Below, piece by piece: positions 1 to 9,994 of a stretch of DNA of 36,181 bases. Made by a program: the position numbers and the translations under genes. Within the stretch, counting starts at the first letter, position 1. Each line of letters starts with the position of its first letter. The notes under the pieces were generated by a model that worked only from the letters and a program-made list of their open reading frames with translations, made no database searches and had not been told where the DNA came from. The DNA lies in the NCBI RefSeq assembly GCF_001194135.2, contig NC_068989.1:30113708-30149888 (forward strand), given 5' to 3'. Origin of the DNA: Octopus bimaculoides. Taxonomy: Eukaryota.

Positions 1-195
1 AACAGGTCTTGTGATAATTTTGAAGCTTTAATAAAAAATATGTGTGTGTGTGTGTGTGTGTGTATCTATAAGTGTATTATATATATATATATATATATAT
101 AAAATACATGTTTATTATGGATTTCCTATAATGCATGCACAATAATATACAGTTACCAGCCATTGTTAGCTGAAGCATACCATCACATATATATG

Positions 196-1140
196 TCCCA
201 ATGAATTTCTTCCCTAACTCAGAGTCATGGATATTTTTTAATGAAGTTTTCTACAAATATGTTTCAGATGGTGTAAATTCAGATTATATTGGAGTTTGTT
301 GTGATTATAAATTTTTTGAAAAAAATGTGGTAAATGTCAGTATGTAAGTGTGCTATCCCACCAATTTTTATTTCCATATTAAATCTAATCATAATCTACA
401 TGCTCTGAAAGGTTTTTGTTGAAATCTTCATTTAAAAATATCCACTTTTCCAAAAGTTATGAGGAAAGAAAGCCAACTTATGTGAATCTTCTGAATCTCC
501 TCTCTCCATTCCCCTTGAATACATTTTTTCACAACTAATTCAGACAAAACTGGAATAGTCATCATCCTAAGCATATTTGTAAAAAATTTCAATGCAAAAT
601 ATCCATTTTCTGGAAGTTATGAGGAAGCAAAGTCAGTGGAGAACATTTGAGTATGTATATCCATTGCTTTATGCATGTATATATGTACATGTATGAGGCA
701 AATAGAAAGACCTCTACATGGTAGCTAGATCTTATAGCAATAGCATCACAATATCCCTCAAATCTAAGTAAGCAGCATACTTCACATATGTGGCCCAATG
801 AATTTCTTTTCTCACAACTTTCAGAAACATGGATATTTTTTTAAGGAAATATTCAACAAATACTGTTTACATGGTGTAAATTCAAATTATATCAGAATTT
901 GTTGTGAACTAAATTTTTTGAAGAAAAACAAAATGTGTGATACTATGTATGTGTGCTGTCCCACCAGTTTGTATTTCCACATTAAATTCTGGTATAATCT
1001 TACTCTACATACTCAGAAATATATTTGTTGAAATTTTCATTTCAAAATACCCGCTTTCAAAAAGTTATGAAGAGACAAAGCTGACTCATGTGAATACTCT
1101 GAATATCCACTCCTCACACTCGAAAACATTTTTTTCATGA
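196..1140. repeat. Diverged direct duplication (about 196-510 vs 793-1120, partial third unit about 585-640)
   Basis: Shared blocks cccaatgaatttctt, catggatatttttt, atggtgtaaattca.attatat, gtgtgct.tcccacca, aaaagttatga.ga, atgtgaat..tctgaat at about 600-bp spacing. Confidence 0.7.
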
Positions 1141-1299
1141 CAAATGCAGATATAATTGAATCTCCTGCAAGACAACATGGGAACCTTTGACGGCAATGTA
1201 AACTTCTTTCGATTAAAGTATCTTTGGCCCAAAGCTTACTAACTTCCTACACCTTGATCCTTGGATCATACCTTTACACACACACACATATATATGTAC

Positions 1300-1305
<6 letters not shown>

Positions 1306-1359
<54 letters not shown>

Positions 1360-1596
1360 NNNNNNNNNNNNNNNNNNNNNNNNNNNNNNNNNNNNNNNNN
1401 NNNNNNNNNNNNNNNNNNNNNNNNNNNNNNNNNNNNNNNNNNNNNNNNNNNNNNNNNNNNNNNNNNNNNNNNNNNNNNNNNNNNNNNNNNNNNNNNNNNN
1501 NNNNNNNNNNNNNNNNNNNNNNNNNNNNNNNNNNNNNNNNNNNNNNNNNNNNNNNNNNNNNNNNNNNNNNNNNNNNNNNNNNNNNNNNNNNNNNNN

Positions 1597-1634
<38 letters not shown>
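1306..1634. repeat. (AT)n microsatellite spanning an N gap
   Basis: Direct reading; N at 1360-1596. Confidence 0.95.
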
Positions 1635-1643
<9 letters not shown>

Positions 1644-1815
1644 AACATACATACATAAACACATATAGCTTTTTTTTATACAGGGGTTTATCACATGCCT
1701 TTGTACATACATATATATATATTTATGTATATATACACACAAAATTATCTAAATCCATACATATTTCTGAGAGTGGCTTTTATCCTTCAAACTCTGTACA
1801 CAATTTCTTATGTAC

Positions 1816-2103
1816 TGTCATGTGTGGGAAAATGAAAAGAGGTTCACCTACCTTCTTCTCGTTGACTCCTGTTTAGCAGTAATCTCTCCAATGGTTCTGC
1901 CCTACCCCTGTCACCCAGCATAAGCAGCTGCTATATAACCAAACCTGGGAGCGAATTCACCAACGTCCATCCATGACACCTCCGACAGGGCAAAAGAGGC
2001 CGATGCTCACCCCTCTGCCCTCACTTCCCCTCTCACGCTTCCTCTTCCACTCAGCTCTTTGACCATTCGCATCATGACCTTCTTCTTCCAGCTCATCTCC
2101 ACA
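1816..2103 (-). repeat. 3' LTR of the Gypsy element
   Basis: Direct repeat of 5713-6000 at a constant offset of 3897; TGT...ACA termini. Confidence 0.96.
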
Positions 2104-2133
2104 TGCCCCGCTGATCTCAAAAATCACCTCACT

Positions 2134-4958
2134 TCACTCCAAGTTGAAATCTACCATCCACCTGGGTGGGTGCCTTGAATGTTGAGATCTTCTTAAGCTG
2201 GGAACCTTTTTCTCTTCCTCTTCTCCACAATCATCATCCAATGAAGCGACAATCCTATGAACATCTAAGATGTGATGTGGCATTCCATTCACAGAAATGT
2301 TGTTCTTGGAATCGACAGCCATCACTATTCCTCTGTTCCACTGAGTTGTGCAGCGACTTGATCCAAACTTCATCTCCCACCTCCATGAAGATGAGCCCTC
2401 TCTCTTCCACAGAGCATTCCAATGGTTTACTCGGATGCTGCCATTAATATTTGAATATCACTCTATGTAGCACGGACTCTTTGGCCTGTCCCGATCGGGG
2501 CAACATGTTGTACCAGAATACTGCTTCCAGCGGCAAAATGTGTCCACTCTCCACCATGGCCTTGATTGTTCGATGATGTCTCACCATGGTCCCATTTCCA
2601 CTTGGCCTGTATGCTGCTCTGAAAAAGCAGTGCACTTTCCACCTGTCAAGCATCTCTTTCAGCACCTCTGAATGAAACGCTGTGCTGTTGTCTATCAGCA
2701 ATTCATTCACAGGGCCCTGCTCTAAGAATACCTCGTTTAGAATATATGCAATCTCGTCTACAGAGCCTGCTTTCAATTCCCTCCAAATGGTCATCTGGCC
2801 CAGCCCACAGTTGACCATTGAGAGATATGTTCCCTGCCAGTAGTGCGTCACATCCACTGCCAGTCATCTCTAGTTGTACTCTACTGAAATATTTCCCTGC
2901 TCATGCACACTTGGAGCAGAATCGATGGATTGACACCTATCACAGTTTCCGACCACCTTTTGGATGCTCCATCTAGTAACATTGAAATCACTCTTCCTGG
3001 AGAGATACAGGGTTCTATTCATGCCCATATGATGCATGACATGCAGTCTCCTTAGTTTGGAGTCATTTAACCGACACACCCCAGCTACCCCTTGCTTTGA
3101 TTGTTCTGGTTCCTCTAACCAGGCCTTTTTCACCCTGGTTAGAATGTCTGCCTTGTTTCTCTCTGAAGGCACAAAAATCACATTCAGCTTCTGGCCAAAC
3201 TTGGCAACTAGCTCTCCTAGAACCCCTAGGTGGCACTTTGCTAACATTTCCACAGCCCCTTTGGCTCGAACTCTCTTCTCATTGGTGATCACCAATCCTA
3301 TCTAGCCAAGCACGGTGGCTTAATCCATCTGGATTTTGATGGAGTGCAGCCCCCATTTCAAGGCCAAATCCACTCCCTTCAGTACTGCATCCAACTCAGT
3401 GACATTGATGTGGTAGTAATCGTCTGCTTTTCGAAGCCAGGCCACGTCCTCCTCTTTGGCATCTTCAATTTCCAACACAACTCCTATCACAATGCTGTTA
3501 GTATCACACCATACGGTCCCATTATCCGATTTGGGCACACACCAGTTCCCTCAGACTGGGTCTTCTGCTCTCGTCCTCTCCAGAATTTCTTGCATCATCA
3601 CCACTGTCACCCCAGTTCTCCCCTTCTGTTCGTCTCTTATGTAACTGCATGCTGTATGCAGCCACCCCATATTAGGGTAGTGACCTACAAATTTCCCGCA
3701 CATCAAGAACAGTTCTCTCCTACTGACATTCATACCCAAATCTGGGAACTCTCCCCTTCCAAAACACCAACATGCCTGTTCTGTCTCTTTGAAGCTTCAG
3801 CCCCAAGGCAGCTCTTCCAGCCATTGGTTCCAGTAGTTTTGAAATCAGCCCAAATTTCTTCAAATGTCTCACAACCTCTGTGGCAGGCACTACAGTCTTG
3901 TCCACAAAAATGTCATCTATATAGGAATTGATGACCCTTCTTATCCTATTCACCTTTCCCAGGATAGATTTGAGTACTGTCGCCATGATCTTTGGCACAG
4001 AATTCAGCCCGAAACCCAGCCTTGTCAGACAATATGTCTGACCCTTGTATCACACCAGTTTGATACTACCACAGTTTGTCACTCACATGGAGCTGCAAAT
4101 ATGTTGACTTCAAGTTGACAATCATTGCTGCCTTAGTTGACTGTCTCCATACATGCAGCATCTCACCACAGACATCAATCGCCTCACCATCTGGGTGGCA
4201 TGATACCTAGCCATTCATTTCCTGAAAGTCCAGCACAGGTCTGACTTTGCCTTTGTTGGCTGCTTCACTGCCATTAGCAGTAGCACTCTGCTCACCACCT
4301 CCTCCTTCCATGGGATAAGGACACCCTCCTTAATCCACCTATCTACCCCTTCTTCAAACTCACTCCTGGCATGTCCTTTCAGGGTATGCTGGTAGCAGCT
4401 CACCCTGTTTTTCAGCCTCTGGGGCTCCTCTTTCCAGCACCACTTTATTGTCCACTGCTGACCATCGAATGCCACCTGAAAATCCTTGTCTTTAGTTGTG
4501 TAGGCAGTGCAGATCCTCACGGAGCTTTGCTCCCTCTCACATTCCTGACTCACAGTGCATGGCACCCCCATGCCACCAAACAAAATCATGTCTAGTCCAA
4601 CACTGACACCTCCAAGGTGGTTGATTGCATCCATTCCCATTACCACATCAATCCCATCTACTATGTGGTCAATCATGATTGTCTGCAGCCTTAGTGTTGT
4701 GTCTTGCACCACTATCTCCATGTTGCCACTACCCTTGTATTCAATTTCACTGCTGTCGACCACCCAAACACCACTCATCCCCTTCCATTTCTTTATCACC
4801 TTCAGGGCCATGAGAGATGTCATGCAGCTCGTATCCATGAGGGCCTTTAATATCTTTCCCCTGACCACGGCCTCAACTACTGGCAGTGGCTGCACAAGCA
4901 CCTTTACTCATTCATGAGGGAAGTTTGAGAGGCAGCAACTTCACTGCGGTCTTTTCCC
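2134..4958 (-). pseudogene. pol: Gypsy pol pseudogene: aspartic protease, RT, RNase H, integrase
   Basis: ALMDTSC (protease DTG-like), LTRLGFGL...YIDDI (RT), WCDT...HINVTELDAVLKG (RNase H), HVMHHMG...CDRC (integrase HHCC), LLIDNSTAF...GNGTMVRHHRTIK (integrase core, catalytic E apparently mutated). Broken across frames. Confidence 0.92.
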
Positions 4959-5668
4959 TAACCACAATTTCGGGCGATATGCCCAGTTTGTTTGCACCAG
5001 TAGCAAACGGGTTTGGGCTCTGCACAGTCCCTAGCCATGTGTGGTCCCTGGCACTTAAAACACCAGCCTGTGAATGGCTGCTGTCGTTCCACGGCAGGTT
5101 TCTTTTTGTCTTTCACCAGCCATCACGCAATGTTGCGGGCTTCTGCAACCACTACCATTACTGCCTTCTGCTTGGTGTTTTGTCTCAACACACGGGCTTA
5201 AACGATGAGCTCACTCGTCACCATTTTTTTGCTGCCAGGCAATTGTTGTAGCTGCACTGACACATTGTCAGGAAAGCCATTCACAAAAGCCAGTCATGCT
5301 GCCTTTTCCAGCCTCTCTCTGATAAAACCAAACAGCATAGCCAGCTTCTGTACATCTGCAGTATATTTGTCAACCTGTTCCTCTGTCCACCTGACCATTT
5401 CCAGCTTAGCAAAAGCAGTGTACTCTCCCTCTGTGTAAGCCTCTCTCAAGCACTGCTTGATCTTTGCTACACTCAATTGTTCTTCATTCATTTTGGGGTA
5501 GAGTGCTAGTGCATTCCCCTCCAAATACAGCACTATGAGGTTTGCTACATCGTCGATGCTATGTAGCCTGACCACAACTTCGACCTTTCATATCCAAATT
5601 ACTATGTCTCCTTTGCCATAGAAAGGTCTGATGACATCATTGCCGATCCTTATCTTCACTGCCATCAT
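4904..5668 (-). pseudogene. gag: Gypsy gag pseudogene (255 codons, internal stops) with two zinc knuckles
   Basis: One frame from ATG 5668 (MMAVKIRIGNDVIRPFYGKGDIVIWI*KVEVVVRLHSIDD...) to TAA 4904-4906, with CFKCQGPHMARDC and CYWCKQTGHIARNC at 5062-4964. Confidence 0.88.
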
Positions 5669-5700
5669 GTAGTAGGGGACAACAACATCTGTATATGACT

Positions 5701-5712
5701 GCCGAAATAGCT
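5701..5712 (-). promoter_or_regulatory. Putative primer-binding site AGCTATTTCGGC, complementary to tRNA-Phe(GAA) nt 1-12
   Basis: Plus strand reads GCCGAAATAGCT immediately abutting the 5' LTR. This equals the 5' end of metazoan cytosolic tRNA-Phe as I recall it (GCCGAAATAGCTCAGTTGGGAGAG...). There is no TGG-type PBS at this position. Confidence 0.75.
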
Positions 5713-6000
5713 TGTCGTGCATGGGAAAATAAAAAGAGGTTCACCTACCTTCCTCTTGTCGATGCCTGTCTAGCAGTAATCTCTCCGATGGTCCTGCCCT
5801 ACTCCTGTCACCCAGTATAAGCAGCTGCTATATAACCAAAGCTGAGAGTGAATTCACTAACGTCTGTTCACAACACCTCTGACGGGGCAAAAAAGGCTGA
5901 TGCTTGCCCCTCTGCCCCCACTTCCCCTCTTGCGCTTCCTCTTCCGGTCAGCCCCTTGACCATTCACGTCATGACCCTCTTCTTCCAGCTCATCCCCACA
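5713..6000 (-). repeat. 5' LTR of the Gypsy element
   Basis: TGT...ACA, 288 bp; manual ungapped alignment to 1816-2103 gives 40 mismatches (about 86% identity). Confidence 0.96.
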
Positions 6001-6182
6001 TGTACTTTAAAATTTATTAAGGCTTTCCCAAATAAAATTTTAGAAGCTTTGAGGAAATTAAAAGGTGGTACACAAACACACTCAGTTATGGGTGCACTAT
6101 ATCTGTAAGCTAATAAAATTCACTACATAATTTCCAGTTCACTTGTTATTTATTAATCTCATGTGTGTGAGTGTGTGTGTGT

Positions 6183-7560
6183 ATCATCATCATCATCATC
6201 ATCATTATCTTTTAATGTCCATTGTCCATACTGGCATGGGCTGGATGGTTTGACCAGGGCTGGTAAGCTGAAGGGCTGCACCAGACTCCAGTCTGATTTG
6301 GCATGGTTCCTATGGCTGGATGTCCTTCCTAACACCAACCACTCCAAGAGTGTAGTAGAAGCTTCTATGTGCCACCAGCACGAGTGCCAGTTGTGTGACA
6401 CCAGTATCTGTCATGACGACAACTTCACTTGGCTTTATGGGTCTTCTTCTCAAGCAAGGCATATTGTCAAGGGTCTTGGTCATTTGTCAATGTCTCCATG
6501 AAGCTCAATGCTCAAAATGTGCTTTTTACATGCCAGTTACGCAACATTGGTATTGACCACATTGCCTCCGTGAGGCCCCACACTCGCCAGGTGCTTTTTA
6601 TGTGCCAGTTACTTCTGTGAGGCCCAATGCTCGAAAGGTACATAACTGGTGCCAGTTATGCAACACTGGCATCAGCCACACTGCCTCCGTGAGGCCCAAC
6701 ACATGATAGGTACTTTTTACAAGACACTAGCATCAGGTACTCTGCCTCCGTGAGGCCCAATGCTTGAAAGGTGCGCTTTACATGCCAGTAACATGACACT
6801 GGCATTGGCCACGACAATGGTTTCACTTAGCTTGACAGGTCTTCTCAAATATAGCATATTGCCAAAGATCTTGGTCACTAGTCATTGCTTCTGTGAGGCC
6901 CAACATTCGAAGATCATGCTTCACCACCTTGTCCTATGTCTTCCTGGGTCTCCCTCTTCCACAGGTTCTTCCCACAGCTAGAGATCAGCACTTCTTTACA
7001 CAGCTGTCCTCGTCCATATGCATCACATGACCATATCAGCACAGTCGCCTCTCTTGCACACCACATCTGATGCCTCTTATGTCTAACTTTTCTCTCAAGA
7101 TGTTTGCACTCTGTTGTACATGTACACTGACATTGCATATCTAATGAAGCATGCTAGCTTCATTTCTTTCAAGACTACACATGTTCTTGCTGGTCACAGC
7201 CCCTGTATCACTGCTGTGTAGCACAGCTGTTCATATACAGGCATCATACAATCTGCTTTTCACTCTGAGGGAGGGCCCTTTCTTGCCAACAGAGGTAAGA
7301 GCTCTCTGAACTTTCCCAGCCTATTCTTATTCTTGCATCTATGCTCTTGGAGCATCCACCTCCGCTACTGACTTGGTCACCTAGATAATGGAAGCTATCA
7401 AATACCTCTAGTTTATCCCACTGGCATTTGATAGAGTCTATTTTCTGTACATTTTTAGTGTTTATTGTACCTGTGCAACTTCCACACAGAAAACCTATTT
7501 TCCTAGTTAACCTTGCTGCTGGCAAATTTTTCTGCAATAACATGGATGTTTTATCCTGTT
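6183..7560 (-). mobile_element. 5'-truncated RTE-like LINE (RT C-terminus, 3' UTR with internal repeats, (GAT)n tail)
   Basis: LEVFDSFHYLGDQVSSGGGCSKSIDARIRIGW in ORF 7244-7543(-); the 3' UTR ends in an ATG/GAT repeat at 6183-6205. Homologous to 16704-17640. Confidence 0.85.
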
Positions 7561-7644
7561 CGTGCTATTCTGTTAGCATTATTCTGAGTTTGAGAATCAA
7601 TTATTTTTGTGTGTATGTATGTATGTATGTATGTATGTATGTAT

Positions 7645-8297
7645 GTATGTATAAACAATATTGAATACACACAAGGTATGTGTTTTGCAAGTTTGTGGGT
7701 AGGCTATGCTTGTAGGCATGAACGTGCCTGGTGTAGAAACACCTCGAAGTCATAGACAAGTGATACAACTCACATCAGATCTCATTCAGGAGCAATAGAC
7801 ATTGATGTTTTGTCATGCTTGTAACGTGTCAATACTGCATACCTGAATGAGGTCCAATGCAAGCTAAATCGCCTGTAGGTGCAGCCTACCCATGAACTAG
7901 CAAAACATATACCTTGTGCATGTGTGTTCGATATTGTTTATAACCCTCCAGCTGCTTCTAATTTATATTTGAATTTTTTTCCACGGTATGAAACGTTGGT
8001 TCTTACACTATTTTGCATATAGTCATTGACAGCAATTTAGCTTGCATCAGGCCTCGTTTGAGTATGCAGTATTGACAAGTCACAAAAAAGGACGAAACGT
8101 CTATCACACCTGAATATGATCTGATGCAAGTTATCTCACTTGTCTATAACTTCCAGGTGTTTTAACACCAGGTGCGTTGACGAGAATATATTGTCTTATT
8201 CCTGTAAGTGCAGCCTACCCACAAACTAGCAAAACGCATACCTTGTGTATATGTGTTCAATATTGTTTATATCCCTCGAGCTGCTCCTAATTCATAT

Positions 8298-8300
<3 letters not shown>
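7645..8300. mobile_element. Foldback/MITE-like element with long inverted arms and an extra internal arm copy
   Basis: 7645-7716 is the reverse complement of 7872-7942 and of 8201-8270; 7729-7869 is the reverse complement of 8035-8168. Confidence 0.8.
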
Positions 8301-8340
<40 letters not shown>

Positions 8341-8727
8341 TAATTAGCACATCTAATTGCTTTTAATGTCCAGAGAGTCCATCTCATGTTGATGACATGT
8401 GCTAATTAATATTCAAAACACAAAGTAAGAGATACAAAGAGAAGAAGAGGAGAGAGAGAGAGGTTGAAGTGACAGGCAGTGTAAGAGAGAAAGACAGAGA
8501 AAGAGAGAGGGAGGGAGAGGGAGGAAAGAAATTGAAAGGAAGTATAAGTGAGAGAGAGAAGGGGAAAACAAAAGTAGAGATTGAAATAGCTACAACCAGG
8601 AAGGTAAAAGAAATAACAAGGAAAGAAAGAGAATATAAATGTGCATGGTGGGAATAAATAATACAGTAATGGTGAACTGTGATATATTATTTTCCACAGT
8701 ATTCTTTCCTTAAAACATATAATTCAA

Positions 8728-8765
<38 letters not shown>

Positions 8766-8784
8766 AAGCATTTGGAGCCACCAA

Positions 8785-9245
8785 GTCTATCTCCTTCCAG
8801 GTTGCTTCCTGAAGAGGCTGTACCTAATGTAAAGTCTTCTTGCCTCTGCCATGGTAACCAAACATACTCATCTTTCATTTCTCACTTCTGATCCAAACTT
8901 CCCAACATATTTCTCTCTCTGTTGTCTTTTTTCAACCTTTGTGTTGAAATCTCTCATCACTACAACATAAATGGATTTGTGAGCTGGCACTTCCTCAAGT
9001 TTTTAGTACAGCTCTTCCATTTCAATCGTCTTTGCTAGTATTTTTGGGAGCATAGGTCAGAATGATCTTTAGGGTGGCATTTCCTGAGAGATAAACATCT
9101 AGCACTTCAATCTGTGAAGAAGACAATTGGCAGGAAATGATTTTCGAAGCATATTCTTTGTTTATGATGAATCCTATACTGTTTGTTGCTCTTGCACTTT
9201 TTGCTTTTTCCAGTCTCACAACACTTCCATCTGACCATCTCACAT
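8785..9245 (-). mobile_element. LINE apurinic-type endonuclease fragment
   Basis: IGFIINKEY...LKIILTYAP, then across stops VVVMRDFNTKV...VGKFGSEVRNER, resembling APE domain motifs (GVG....K, YAP, GDFN, G.RN.RG). Confidence 0.75.
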
Positions 9246-9254
9246 TTATTTCTT

Positions 9255-9425
9255 TCCTTCAATATAATAATGAAGTACCAATTGCTAAATGTGGTCAGAA
9301 CTAGTGGAAGAGAGAGACCCATAACATGGGATGAAGTGGTTAAGGCTGACCTCAGGATCTTGATCTTGGTGGAAGAGATGACAAGGAACCAGGATGTCTG
9401 GTGACATGATGTTCTCAAAAAAGAC
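9255..9425 (+). mobile_element. Short RTE-like LINE fragment (end of ORF) in opposite orientation
   Basis: GRERPITWDEVVKADLRIL...EEMTRNQDVW parallels GRSRPRKMWDEVVRKDLR in the RTE copy at 17073-17140. Confidence 0.7.
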
Positions 9426-9994
9426 TTTCTCTCATCAGCGAAACTGACAATACATAGTACTTCTGGAAGTGCTATGTATTGTGCTCACCACCCATGTTAC
9501 AGGAACTCAACCCCTTCCTCCCATGTATTAGACCTGCCTCGTTTTCCCCCCACCTCCTGTAGACTATCCAACTATGTCATCCTTCTCTCTTGTCCTCCAC
9601 ACTGACAACTGTATCATCTTTACTGCTCCTGCTGCTCACCGCAACCACTCTCTACTCCCATAACTCATAGCTCTTTGCTCATCTATCTTTGAACTCTACC
9701 CATTTTGAACCCTACCTATTTTCCTTCCCACACATTTTTGCAAATTGATTCTTTAGCTCACCTTGTACCTTGTGCAACTACCTAGGCACTTCATCACCAT
9801 TATCTATCTCTTGCTAATCCTACTGTTCATTTTCTGTTTCCATACCCTTCGCCTACTAGATGTGAGTAGCCATGCAAATACCCTTCAACAACCTGCATTG
9901 CTACTCCACACTTGTTCAATCCCCTTGTTCCCTAGCATGAAGCTCTCCACCTGCTGGGGTTTGTAGTGGTGTAATCTGCATGGTGACCTCAATA

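Larger units (their letters stand above)
1816..6000 (-). mobile_element. Full-length decayed Ty3/Gypsy LTR retrotransposon (4185 bp)
   Basis: Two ungapped 288-bp direct repeats (1816-2103, 5713-6000), both TGT...ACA, flanked by a 5-bp TSD TGTAC (1811-1815, 6001-6005). Internal gag-PR-RT-RH-IN order on the minus strand, with multiple stops and frameshifts. Confidence 0.97.

Noticed and set aside
1213-1742. Several long ORFs across (AT)n and the N gap
   Set aside because: Artefacts of dinucleotide repeats and Ns. The same applies to ORFs at 15777-16034, 19603-19917, 22925-23523, 29452-29960 and 35208-35552.
5713-6000. Tf1-type self-priming of the Gypsy element
   Set aside because: The LTR in element sense contains no GCCGAAATAGCT to pair with the PBS.
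6560-6905. CRISPR-like repeat-spacer pattern (gtgaggcccaa units)
   Set aside because: The spacers are related to each other and irregular, the array sits inside an RTE LINE 3' UTR in eukaryotic DNA, and there are no cas genes.
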